From Nitrosopumilaceae archaeon (GTDB taxonomy: Archaea; Thermoproteota; Nitrososphaeria; Nitrososphaerales; Nitrosopumilaceae): a stretch of DNA of 64,000 bases. The notes beneath the pieces were generated by a model. It was not told where the DNA came from. It saw only the letters and a list, made by a program, of their open reading frames with translations, and did no database searches. A program made the translations under genes and the position numbers. The DNA is taken from assembly GCA_965207375.1 (NCBI GenBank), contig CBDBMG010000002.1, positions 384,001 through 448,000 of the forward strand, given 5' to 3'. Positions 39,218 to 51,720 of this stretch are shown piece after piece. The first letter of the stretch is position 1. Each line of letters opens with the position of its first letter.

Positions 39218-40183
39218 CTAACTGTAGCTATAGCTATACTGCTGCAGCTCAATAGGGTCTGTACTTGTGTGTGAGCCTTCCAGCTTGTTACGGTCCTCTG
39301 GGCTGGTGTCCATTTCGGGGGTAGGGGCCTGAGGAGTGGTTGTTAACATGCTGACGGCCCTGACGGGGGCAACGTGTCGCTGGATGTGGTCCTGCACAGA
39401 TGCTGCAGACGTGCGTGTGTCGACAGTACGGAATGTACACTCCTCTCTATTCCATTTATTACATACTTCCCCTGAGTGTCGGATGGGGCCTCGTGGGCGA
39501 GGAGTAACTTGTGTCAACTGTCGTTCCATGTTTTCAATGCGTCTCTCCAGTGAAATGTCCGGTGATAATCCTTCACTACAGTCCTGCGTCTCATGGGTAG
39601 CAGCCCCGAATACTCCACACCTCAATGGGTTTCGGGGAGCTCCGGTAAAACACCTGGCATAGCTTGTGGTGTTTATCACTGACCATTTGGTATCTCTCCT
39701 AAGAGCTGCATGTTTGCGAAACAATGTATCGTAGTTCAGCCAGGCCGTGCCTGCATACTCTTGGTTTACCCTCACAATCATAGACATGTAAGCCATGAAC
39801 TCCGGAATTACGGTTGGTGATTGCACTCCTCGGATACTAACATAAACCCCAAAACATTGGAGCCATGTAAATATGTCTACCACCCTTCTTCCACATCTCT
39901 TCTTATATTCCGCTTCTCCTTCTTCCTTTGGTGTCCACAACTCCGGGAGCAGCTCGCTCATCTCCACAAACTCTCCGGCCCTAATCTTCCTCACGAGCTT
40001 TGAAGGAACCCGGGGAAGGCCCTCCCCAATATACACTCCTTCAGTGGATGAACTTGCGTGGTCCCCCAGGGCTAAAGGTGAGTCCCCTGGAGCTGAAGGT
40101 GAGTCCACTGCTTGTGTGAGTAGTGTTGTTAGGTCCCTTCCATGTACCGGCTGGTCCGAGCCCGTTGGTGCGGCGAAGTGCAA
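39218..40183 (-). pseudogene. gag-like ORF1 of the Ngaro-like element
   Basis: VPSKLVRKIRAGEFVEMSELLP, WLQCFGVY, WLNYDTLFR, and a CNKWN zinc-finger start that is then frameshifted; typical of DIRS/Ngaro ORF1 and lies upstream of RT. Confidence 0.78.
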
Positions 40184-40743
40184 CGGGACGTTACGAATGT
40201 CCTTCCCCGGGGGTAGTTTGTCCCCCGTGTTACCTGTAGCAACAAGATACTAGTAACCCTTCTTGCCTCACTATAGCTAGCTACGCATCCGCCGATGGTT
40301 TCTCGCGACACCCTTACATTACGCCAGACGAGCGACCCTGTCGAGAGCTCTCGGGGACGGCCTCGTGCTCGCGAGAACCGCATTCTCGCCTGACCCGGGG
40401 GTCCCAGCCATGTGGCCCGCTTCGCTTGAGTGTTTCCGCGAACGTGACAACACCATCACGGTGCGGGTGTTAGTTGGGCCTTCCCCTAGCAGGGGAAAAA
40501 AAGCCCGGTCATCTCAGCGACAGTGTCCCTGAGAGAAAAGACCGAAACCCTACCTGGACGAGATGTTCCGGGATCGTCTGCTTTCGCCTGTACTTCCCTC
40601 TGGGCTTCCGCTGCCTCCTTCATTAACTCCGCCACCGTGTCCGATCCCTCAGTTCTGAGAGTGGGACCACCCGATCGATGGGATCTTTCTGTTTGTCCTT
40701 GCTGGACGTTTCGCCACTCGGGGATGCCATTCACGTTTCCAGT

Positions 40744-40930
40744 TAGCTTCTACACTAAACTCGAAAGGCATGTGTTCGCACCTCTACTGCGCATTAAATT
40801 ATTACACGTGTCGTGTTTCTCCGTACTCGAGTCCAATAGATGCACCCCATGACCACAACTGGCTGTACGCGTGCGATGCATTTGTGAGCGAATTAACTTG
40901 GCTTAACCGTGCCTGTTAATCTTCACTTAA
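40744..40930 (-). repeat. Intact 5' direct repeat of the Ngaro-like element
   Basis: Matches the three split pieces at 26953-27048, 30287-30348 and 31898-31935. Confidence 0.9.
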
Positions 40931-41051
40931 TATCAGCTTATCGGTACAAAAATAAGTAAATAATCAGTTAACAGGAAATATGAATATACGCATATCAATG
41001 CAATAGATATGGCGAAATATAGGGGGAAGGATTTTTTAAAAATTATGTAGA

Positions 41052-43949
41052 AACCAGGTTTTGAAGGTTTTTAGCTAGTTAGCTAGTTAGCTAGCTATAT
41101 CTCACCATGCAACTTCAGCTGGAGCCAATAGCTAGTTTTACATTTTACTTTGCACTTAATTTGTCTGTACAAACAGATGGACTGATAAAAATATACAACA
41201 TAGGTACGTAACAGGCATGTACAACAATATAGGGTTTTTAAGTTTTCGTGGGTTTTAAAGTACCCATGCAAACAGAGTTTAGGTGATGGAATAGCATATG
41301 ATTTTCATGGTTTTTATGGTTTTTATGGTTTTCTAGTGTTTTAAGGTACCCAAGCAAACAGTTGCATGGTTAGATGATGGAATAGCATATGGTTTTTATG
41401 GTTATTATGGTTAGGTGATGGAATAGCATATGGTTTTAATGGTTTTTATGGTTTTTATGGTTTTCTGGGGTTTTAAAGTACCCAAGCAAACAGTTGCATG
41501 GTTAGGTGATGGAATAGCATATGGTTTTTATGGTTTTTATGGTTTTTATGGTTTTCTACTGTTTTAAGGTACCCAAGCAAACAGTTGCATGGTCAGGTGA
41601 TGGAATAGCATATGGTTTTAATGGTTTTTATGGTTTTTATGGTTTTCTGGGGTTTTAAAGTACCCAAGCAAACAGTTGCATGGTTAGGTGATGGAATAGC
41701 ATATGGTTTTTATGGTTTTAATGGTTTTTATGGTTTTCTAGTGTTTTAAGGTACCCAAGCAAACAGTTGCATGGTTAGATGATGGAATAGCATATGGTTT
41801 TAATGGTTTTTATGGTTTTCTAGTGTTTTAAGGTACCCAAGCAAACAGTTGCATGGTTAGATGATGGAATAGCATATGGTTTTTATGGTTATTATGGTTA
41901 GGTGATGGAATAGCATATGGTTTTAATGGTTTTTATGGTTTTTATGGTTTTCTGGGGTTTTAAAGTACCCAAGCAAAAGTTGCATGGTTAGGTGATGGAA
42001 TAGCATATGGTTTTAATGGTTTTTATGGTTTTTATTGTTTTCTACTGTTTAAAGGTACCCAAGCAAACAGTTGCATGGTTAGGTGATGGAATAGCTAGCA
42101 TATGGTTTTAATGGTTTTAATGGTTTTTATGGTTTTCTACTGTTTTAAGGTACCCAAGCAAACAGTTGCATGGTTAGGTGATGGAATAGCTTATGGTTTT
42201 AATGGTTTTCATGGTTTTTATGGTTTTCTACTGTTTTAAGGTACCCAAGCAAACAGTTGCATGGTTAGGTGATGGAATAGCTTATGGTTTTAATGGTTTT
42301 AATGGTTTTTATGGTTTTCTACTGTTTTAAGGTACCCAAGCAAACAGTTGCATGGTTAGGTGATGGAATAGCATATGGTTTTCATGGTTTTTATGGTTTT
42401 CTAGTGTTTTAAGGTACCCAAGCAAACAGTTGCATGGTTAGGTGATGGAATAGCATATGGTTTTAATGGTTTTTATGGTTTTCTACTGTTTTAAGGTACC
42501 CAAGCAAACAGTTGCATGGTTAGGTGATGGAATAGCTTATGGTTTTAATGGTTTTTATGGTTTTTATGGTTTTCTAGTGTTTTAAGGTACCCAAGCAAAC
42601 AGTTGCATGGTTAGATGATGGAATAGCATATGGTTTTTATGGTTATTATGGTTAGGTGATGGAATAGCATATGGTTTTAATGGTTTTTATGGTTTTTATG
42701 GTTTTCTACTGTTTTAAGGTACCCAAGCAAACAGTTGCATGGTTAGGTGATGGAATAGCATATGGTTTTAATGGTTTTTATGGTTTTCTAGTGTTTTAAG
42801 GTACCCAAGCAAACAGTTGCATGGTTAGATGATGGAATAGCATATGGTTTTAATGGTTTTTATGGTTTTCTAGTGTTTTAAGGTACCCAAGCAAACAGTT
42901 GCATGGTTAGATGATGGAATAGCATATGGTTTTTATGGTTATTATGGTTAGGTGATGGAATAGCATATGGTTTTAATGGTTTTTATGGTTTTTATGGTTT
43001 TCTGGGGTTTTAAAGTACCCAAGCAAACAGTTGCATGGTTAGGTGATGGAATAGCATATGGTTTTAATGGTTTTTATGGTTTTTATGGTTTTCTACTGTT
43101 TTAAGGTACCCAAGCAAACAGTTGCATGGTTAGGTGATGGAATAGCTAGCATATGGTTTTAATGGTTTTAATGGTTTTTATGGTTTTCTACTGTTTTAAG
43201 GTACCCAAGCAAACAGTTGCATGGTTAGGTGATGGAATAGCTTATGGTTTTAATGGTTTTCATGGTTTTATGGTTTTCTACTGTTTTAAGGTACCCAAGC
43301 AAACAGTTGCATGGTTAGGTGATGGAATAGCATATGGTTTTCATGGTTTTTATGGTTTTCTAGTGTTTTAAGGTACCCAAGCAAACAGTTGCATGGTTAG
43401 GTGATGGAATAGCTAGCATATGGTTTTAATGGTTTTAATGGTTTTTATGGTTTTCTACTGTTTTAATGTACCCAAGCAAACAGTTGCATGGTTAGGTGAT
43501 GGAATAGCTTATGGTTTTAATGGTTTTTATGGTTTTTATTGTTTTCTACTGTTTTAAGGTACCCAAGCAAACAGTTGCATGGTTAGGTGATGGAATAGCT
43601 TATGGTTTTAATGGTTTTTATGGTTTTTATGGTTTTCTACTGTTTTAAGGTTCCCAAGCAAACAGTTGCATGGTTAGTAGATGGAATAGCATATGGTTTT
43701 TATGGTTTTTATGGTTTTCTAGTGTTTTAAGGTACCCAAGCAAACAGTTGCATGGTTAGGTGATGGAATAGCATATGGTTTTAATGGTTTTTATGGTTTT
43801 TATGGTTTTCTAGTGTTTTAAGGTACCCAAGCAAACAGTTGCATAGTTAGGTGATGGAATAGCATATGGTTTTAATGGTTTTTATGGTTTTTATGGCTTT
43901 CTGGTGTTTTAAGGTACCCAAGCAAACAATTGCATGGTTAGGTGATGGA
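41052..43949 (+). repeat. Left inverted repeat: ~230 bp unique sequence plus ~2.7 kb satellite (unit ~70-80 bp)
   Basis: Unit ggttaggtgatggaatagcatat-(ggtttttat)2-3-ggttttctactgttttaaggtacccaagcaaacagttgcat. Confidence 0.95.
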
Positions 43950-44611
43950 TTTTATCGAAACATTCCCCCTATAATTTGCCACATATGGTCTGGGTGCGCT
44001 ACATTTCATAAGCGCTGAAATTATACTATCACGTAATCATGATGGTGTCTACATTAAACTCCAATATATGACCAGCGTCTGCGAACTGAATGGATGCACT
44101 ACAATCGATGTTAAAGGACAGAAAAGCAATAAAAGTGACACACACACGAGTAAATATAGAAAAGCGCGTTACTACCGGATCTATAGCTATACAAAGTGCG
44201 TCCGGTTACCGGACATATAGCCACTTCATTATTTAATTAGCTAAATACTATAGGAATTATAAGTTTTTAACCAATTAGCTAGTTATGTATGGACAGTATG
44301 GATTAAGGGAATGGGAGGTGGGTGCAACCAAGTACGTAGCATATAGCTATATCCTTGTTTCATAGCTATTAAGCTAATTATTTAATTTATCAGCTATAGC
44401 TATACCTGTATAATATTGCATGGGCCAGCAAAAATGGACCAATTAAGTGAGCACATGTAATTGATAATCATGTTTCTGTCTTGGTCTAAACACATTTCCC
44501 AGATTGCTAAGAAAGCTTAGTTAAAGCCTTCCTTCAGAACAACTTTAACTCCTGCCCAATACCTGTTAAAAGTCAGTTATAGCTATATATACAACTTTGG
44601 TAAGATAAATT

Positions 44612-45112
44612 TTAGAGTTCTGCTGTACTGTCTGGTCACCGCATACTGCTTCAGGCATACAGTGTTTGGAAAGAGTTCAAAGAAATGCAGCCAGATAAAT
44701 TATGTCTTTGGGGATTACTGCCGATATCACAGTGTCACTGCTATGCTGGACAAACTACAATGGCAAACTCTAAATGATCGGAGACATTTTTAATAGCTGC
44801 TATGATGTACAAAATAGCTAGTTCATACTGAACTTAATTGCCATAGAAGCCTCCTCGTATACTTTATTCCAATTACCTCAGCCACCCGTGTTCACCAAAA
44901 ATGATATCTATAGCTATCTAGAATCAATGCATATTATTACTCCTTTTTTCCATCAGCTGTCAGAATATGGAATAGTTTGCCGGTGTGTTCAGTGACTGCT
45001 ATACTTCATTATAAAATTATAACAGATAGCACTAATGTAGACTTAATATTCTATAATTAGCTACTGTGCGTAATACTCTATTAGAGGTCTCCACAGTAAT
45101 AATAATAATAAC
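44612..45112 (+). mobile_element. 3' fragment of a CR1/L2-group LINE
   Basis: Decayed frame CCTVWSPHT...LERVQRNAAR...SVTAMLDKLQWQTLNDRR...SFFPSAVRIWNSLP, ending in a (taa)n tail. Confidence 0.8.
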
Positions 45113-45877
45113 ATAAAATTTGACAATGTTTTTCACAACTTACAGAATGTAAATCATTTAATGTGCTATATACAAACCAAGATACTTGATGTTTTGTGGT
45201 TATAACGTTAAGTGCATTTAAATTTTGTGCCCATGCACTTGGTCCATTTTCACTGGCCTGTTACTATTATATAGGATTAGATATACATACGTATGTATAT
45301 AACCAAGGTCACAATGCACTTCATAATAAAGATAGCTATGTAAGTATGGTTACTATGGTTACATAATACAGTTATTCAAATACCTGCATGAGTCCACTCC
45401 AGATACAGTAACAAATTTAAGTCTTGATACATAATCATAATAATAATAATAATACTATTGTGTTCTGACAGCCACATATAGGCTATATACATAGCTAATC
45501 AGTGTGTATAGTGTATAGTAAAATTAATACAGAATAAATATTAGCCAGAAGTTCTATCAATTAATCAATTTAGTCTTCAAATACATAGCTGACAATGAAA
45601 ATCCTTTTTAGCTGCCTTCTTCGTAACTTTTACACATCGCTGATGAAACCACTGATTACATCTCGTGCATTCTATCCACCATGTTCCCACTCGTTCTCTC
45701 TTTAGTGTGCACACTTGTTTGGGACACTTACGTATCTTTATTTCCTGTCCATTCCTTTGTTGTGCTTGCTAGTACTGGCACAGGCTTAATAATAGCAATG
45801 CTCTGTGATCTGAGGGATACAATATTGGTGTAGTCTGGATCATTATCTGCAAGTGGTCATGAAAGCACATAGGTAAA

Positions 45878-46341
45878 TGTGACTGTCTCTGCAAAAACCC
45901 TCCATGTTTGCATAAATATATTATGATGATATGCCTTTACAAAATAACTATAAATTCCAGATTGGGGATCCAACATGATTCCAAATAATGTATATAACTG
46001 CCAATTTTTGATTCACAGTCTTGCAAATTTTTGTATTTCTCCATATACTAATATTCACATGATATGGATTGGTAAATAGGAATCAATGAAATCAAATCAT
46101 AAATCAATAAATCAAGCCAAAATAAAAATGATTCCAAATCTCATACAAAAATCTATGGTGTCAGACCCCTCATTCCTGATACTTGCATCAGTTGTTAATT
46201 GCTCTGCATAAAATGTTTGTCACTAATATGCAAATTTTTGTAATGTTACAAGAAACTGTACCAGAGTTATGAAATTTTAAATTTCTAAAGATGGGCCAAA
46301 ATTTGCATGCTAACATGGAGGGTTTTTGCAGAACCAGTCAC
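45878..46341. mobile_element. TGTGAC-ended MITE in the last intron of the ATPase gene
   Basis: TIRs tgtgactgtctctgcaaaaaccctccatgtt / aacatggagggtttttgcagaaccagtcaca. Confidence 0.8.
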
Positions 46342-46402
46342 AAAAATGCATACTTGTATTTTAGCTATAGTTATACATATGTATAGTTATGTGCATGGTA
46401 CC

Positions 46403-47070
46403 ATTTGAAATGTTTTCACTAGTAGAACATAGCACAACTGTGGATGCAGGTGGTAAAGGAACCGGAGAAATAGTTTTGTCCTTTGATGGTATCATGATAT
46501 CAGATAAATTAAGTGATATCGATGAACTGGAGGTCTCTAGCAGTGAGTCTTCATTGACTTGATCTGTGGATGCATACACAGGTATACAGGATGATCACTG
46601 ATGAATTGATACGTATGTGTAGCTACTTATGATTATAGAACTGAAACATACCACTTGAAATGTTTTCACATGTAGGAGGTGTCTCAACTAAAAAGGCAGG
46701 TGGTGGAGGAATCGGAGATATCATGATATCAGATAAATTAAGTGATGAATTGGAGGTCTCTAACAGTGGGTCTTCATTGACTTGATCTGTAGATGCATAT
46801 ACACACTGGTATAGAGGATAATCGTTGATGAATCGATATGTATATAATATATATGTGTGTGTGCTACTTATAATTATAAAACTGAAACATACCATTTGAA
46901 ATGTCTTCACATGTAGAAAGTGTCTCAACTATAGATGTGGGTTGTGAAGGAACTGGAGAATTTGTTTTTTCATTTGATGGTATCATGATATCAGATAAAT
47001 TAAGTGATGAACTGGAAGTCTCTAACAGTGGGTCTTGATCTGTAGATGCATGCAGAGAATATCTACTGAT
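46403..47070 (-). repeat. Three tandem ~245-bp exon-plus-intron units encoding Ser/Pro-rich repeats
   Basis: Each unit encodes STDQ...LLETS...LNLSDIMI...SP and ends at a gt donor (forward-strand accatttgaaatg or accacttgaaatg). Confidence 0.8.
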
Positions 47071-50053
47071 GTCTTGGTTATTTGTGTACGGATATACATA
47101 ACAAAGATGATGGCAGTAAATAGTTACTTATATAGACAAGCAAGAATGATACATTAATTTACCTGCAATCCATGGTGATGTTGATGACATAGGTGACAGG
47201 GATGGTGAAGATATAGGAGAATGGTCTGAAACTTTAAGATTCAAAAGTAAAATAGTGAATTCGTACATGTAGGTAGCTATATATGTATGTGTGTCTCTGC
47301 CATTCCTAAAGGATGGATGCAATGACACTGTTCTAAAGCCCTCTGAAAATGGAAAACAGAGGAAATGCATAACCATCCCTCACAAGGCTATCTCCACTGA
47401 TGTTATTAGAAAGTTGGTTGATAGAGGTAAGTCTGCTAGTGCTGCTATCCATATGCTTATACGTAAATATACATACATAAGCCCAGATATTGCCCCCAAC
47501 TTCTTTAACAGCTTTCTTAAATTTAGTTTCATCCAAGGTGGAACAATAAGTCCTGATCATTGGTAAATATATGGCCACTGATCATGATGCACATGCTTGA
47601 TTGGTTTTATTGAGAACTTCAGGACGAAGAAATCTTAGTATCTGTCAAACATTTTAAAGCTATAATTATACATACATTGTATAAGATAAAAAATTAATAC
47701 CTCACAAACTTCTAAATCTTCAGTATCATATAGCAATTGCTCAAGAACACACTCTATTGTGTTGTGAGTGCACTGTAGCAAACTGGTGACTTCTGGGGCC
47801 CATTTTTCCAAGAAAAATCTTTTTATCATAGTGAATGTTGTTACCTCTGGTAGTGCAATGATATTGCACAGCTGTAAGTGTATTCAAAAATTATAACACA
47901 ATTGCAGAATCAATTTTCAAATTTTACTCACCTCCTTACCAATTCCTAACAAAAGGGCATAGCTCTTTTGAATTCTAAAATCAGCATCTGGCAATGCGTC
48001 ATATACCAGAGGTAACAAATCTTCATTAATACACTTTTGGAATTCTTCACTCATGATTGTTTCACCTGCTTGTTTCAGCAACTCTTCCTTTTCTCGTTGG
48101 TTTACTGCAACCTGTCCCTTGAAAAAAGGGACATGTATTAGTCGTGCTGCATTCCTAAAAGACATGTATACACAAAATTATGGGTCAACTGTTTTCAGAA
48201 CACATGCTGTATGAACATACCTGGAACTTTCAGCAAATGCTTTGTTCGCAGTCAATATAATCGTTGTACGTGGACAGTTGCTTCCTCCACTCACTGTGGA
48301 TAGTGCTGCTCCATTGAAAAATTGTACTGACAAAGCTTCAATGTTGTTTAGACTGTTAATGTCATCTACCCCAATTGGTATGGTCGTAATTGATGCTCGT
48401 GCAACCAAGGAATTTGGTGATGATTTCCCCACTCGGAAATGTGCAGCTGCTGCTCCACACAGGCTCAATGCTGCCCGGAGTGATGTTGTCTTTCCTGCAA
48501 ATATATAATTTCAAATTACCCAACTGTATTAATTGCCTATGTAGATAATACAACTATGGCCAGCTGTTAGTAACTAACCAGTTCCGGGAGTTTCACTGTA
48601 TGCTAGTACCAGCGGACATTCGTCTTGTATTGACATAATTGTCTCAAAGTGCATAGCCATGCATACTCCACTAATGATCTGATAAAAGCTTAGAAAATTC
48701 TGTTGCAGGCATTCATTGGCTGCGATCATAAGATTCTGGATACCCTAAAACATGACAAGTGATACTATTATTATTGCTCTACAGTACTATTAGCTAGCTA
48801 TATACGTAGCTACTTAATTGTATACAAATAATATGAAGCTAGTAGAAGAACTGAAAATCAATACACGTGCACCATGGATGATAGTGTTTAACCTACGTAC
48901 CATGATTGGTAATTATTGACTCTGCATATGTACTTACATACCTGAATCTGCAGTGGTAGAATAATTGGTAATGGAGCAAGCTTTGTATCATCAGTAACAT
49001 CTTTTCGTAACTGGTATTCACCATACCAATAAAATGGAAAATCTTTGTTGTCTAGTAGCTCTCCCTTGCTGTCGATCTGAATATCTGGTCCCAGCACCCA
49101 CACATCACTTTTTAGTTGCCTGCCTATAGCAGAAACCAGAGTTTTGTTATTAAAACTAGCACTGGTTCGAAAATCGCTGCACTCTTGGAAAATGTATCGT
49201 CCCCATAATGCATCGCTGCATTTAACATGTTGCACTCCTTTTAAAGATTTGCTTGCAGCTTTAGTAAAACTGCGAATAGTGCAAGCTTCGTCATTAGTGA
49301 TGAAGCATTCCCTGTGGGAAAAATATAATTATTTAAATGTGTTGCAATTATACCCATGCAGTACACCTATCACTTTAAGGTCTAGTGTAACCAATCAAAC
49401 TTGCATGATGCATTTTTAGAGCCAACACAAGGCAACAACAAGAGATCTAGTTATAGCTGTTAGATGATTAACTATTGATATAATTATGTACTGCTGGTAT
49501 AAGCTCTGAAGATCAAAGAAAAATTGCTCATGACACAAATGAAAATATTTTTCACTTTGGTATTCTATTGATCACACCTATATATGTGTATCCAGTGAAC
49601 TCTGGCAATCAAAGGAAATTGCTCTAACGCCTTATCATCAACGGTAAAATGTACAATTGATCACACTTGCATTTGGGACTCAATCACCTAAAATGAATTG
49701 AAAAAATGGTCGCAGCTTGACTGCATTGGAGTTTAAGAAGCTCAGGATGGGTAAACAAGTCACCCGCATCATTGCACGGCTGACATGCATGCATTGATGG
49801 ATCAAATCAAATCAAAATTGCCACATGCATCTAGTATATAGCTACGTAAATTAGCGAACTCACTTTTCTACTCCAGAGGTCATTGTTATTTTGTACAGAA
49901 ATCCATCTAATTGCATACAGGTTTCTTCCGGCGAGGATACAGCACTAACCACTTGAAAGCAAAGTTAGTGTACTGCAAAAACTCTCCTCTTTTGATCTCT
50001 CCAATTTGTCTATTAACAGTAACTAGTGACCTATGAGCAGCTGTTCGAGGCAT

Positions 50054-50228
50054 TGTCTGAAGATTTCAATCTAGGCTCAACTCTTTCGCTGTGATGCAGT
50101 TCTCAGACTACTACGCACCATTTAGTTTTCTCTCAACGTGCAAACCAAAGCGCGCGCATGCGTACGTAAACGTGGTTACACAGAGAAAATCCGGCTCAGC
50201 TAATGCGATAATTTTTACTCAGTTTAAA
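50054..50228. promoter_or_regulatory. Putative bidirectional promoter
   Basis: 175 bp between divergent ATGs (50053 minus, 50229 plus); locally CpG-rich (aagcgcgcgcatgcgtacgtaaacgtgg) in a CpG-poor background. Confidence 0.55.
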
Positions 50229-51720
50229 ATGCCACGTGGCAAGAAACGAAGGTTGGCAGCGGCATTAGATAGTTTATGTGATGCAAATCGTAGTTCAGGG
50301 GATGCCTTAGTAGAAGAAGATATTGTTGATACTACTCGAGATGTTACCTTCACGCCCCCGGTGAGCCAGGATGAAGATTTCGAGCCGCAATTGGAAGTGA
50401 CCGAAATGCATTGTGATCTAAGATGGGTAACAGTTTTGACTGCACAGGCACTAAACTTAGTACCGACATCTTTTTTGTCGCGACGCCAACATTATATCAC
50501 CAACATTGTCAGTCATTGCATAAAAAAGGATTTTACTTCAGAATAAATGGCTGTATTAATACAGAGCGCTGAAGGAGTTTTTGAGAATATCACTTATCTC
50601 CAAACGCCTAAGAGTGAATTATTATGGAAAGTAACTTTTGCTACTCAGGTGCCTCATAGCTACTGCATTTTTGGGACCTCCTACTACATTATGTTTAGAA
50701 TGCAGTGGAAATCTTTCAATTCATAATGATCCTTCTTCAGTTGTTGTATTTGGATTCCATGGACCAACTCCTGCTCTTAAAATCACTCTTAGATGTGATA
50801 CTCGTATGATTAACTACAGGTAAAATAGTTCGGTATAAATTATAGCTAGTTAGTTAGTTATATAGAGCTATCTGTATGTATCTATTACTACAGATATGAT
50901 CAGTATGGTGGAGATATTAAAGGTGGATACTGTTATTATGATAGCCCAAGACCATATGTGAAAGCATCACGCAGTGTATTCATTTGTAGAGATCTTTATT
51001 GCAACTTGGCAGCTGCTGCGTATGTTGTATTACTATTAATCAGTTATATTATCAATAAACATTGTAGCCATCATACTTGGAGTTCTTTTGAAGGTGCTGC
51101 AGAAAGCTACAATGAAGGAGTTAGGGAGTCATTGACTGGGTCACTGCTTTTAAATTATACAAAGAGATTCTTTACTATGTGTCCCCTGAGAAATGGTAAG
51201 TATAGCTATGTAGAAGTACATGCACATAACCAGTACTATTACATGTGTATACTAGTTAACACTGCATCCATCAACTGTGATGAATCCACTGACATGAATA
51301 TGATTACTCATGAACTTCATCGTAAATCTGTAGCAGAAGCATTCTGGAATGCTGAAATAGAAGATGAATTACGAGAGATAGGTCAAATTGGATACATATT
51401 TTCATCAGTGGATTCAAGAGAGAAGCTAATGGATTCCATTGATGAAGAGAGGGCTAAACGTCCTTATGCACACAATGACTGCACAGATGAGTGTAAGAAA
51501 AGAGGTGAGTCTGCAGATCAAGATCATATAGATATACAGCTATTACTCACTTCATAGTTAGCTAGACAACCTAGCTACTGCTCCTGTTTGTTTGAACACT
51601 TTTCAAACATCAATAGAAAAATAGAACGAGTTCATAAACAGTTCTGTCACTGCATTGAACATGCATGCAGCTATATGGTTTAACTAAGTTCAAGAGAATC
51701 GATCTTCACACTTATATAAT

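Larger units (their letters stand above)
26953..40930 (-). mobile_element. Decayed tyrosine-recombinase retrotransposon (Ngaro-like DIRS group) with four nested insertions
   Basis: gag-like, RT/RNase H and YR frames on the minus strand. A ~185-bp direct repeat is intact at 40744-40930 and split into 26953-27048, 30287-30348 and 31898-31935. No methyltransferase-like frame was recognised. Confidence 0.88.
45577..50053 (-). pseudogene. Multi-exon AAA+/P-loop helicase-like ATPase (SF3 or DUF927/Cch-like) with putative terminal PHD finger. Exons 50053-49864, 49311-48942, 48744-48579, 48494-48221, 48154-47932, 47871-47701, 47641-~47300, repeated exons 47070-46403, last exon ~45847-45577
   Basis: Phase-compatible GT-AG introns give CPLVLAYSETPGT-G|KTTSLRAALSLCG (Walker A), IPIGVDD (Walker B), TTIILTAN (sensor 1), RNAARLIHVPF (Arg finger). 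Last exon CPKQVC...WWIECTRCNQWFHQRC...FHCQLCI*. Lesions: 1-bp frameshift near 49960 and TGA at 47582-47584. Confidence 0.8.

Noticed and set aside
26953-40930. LTR retrotransposon interpretation of the direct repeats
   Set aside because: It encodes a tyrosine recombinase, shows no DDE integrase or protease, and has no TG...CA ends or TSD.
41040-41060. Target-site duplication for the 20-kb unit
   Set aside because: Left flank ttatgtaga and right flank cctcaaata do not match for any terminus I tried.
41281-43949. Regular repeat array resembling a CRISPR array
   Set aside because: The segments between the constant parts are themselves ggtttttat repeats, not unique spacers; there are no cas genes and the context is eukaryotic.
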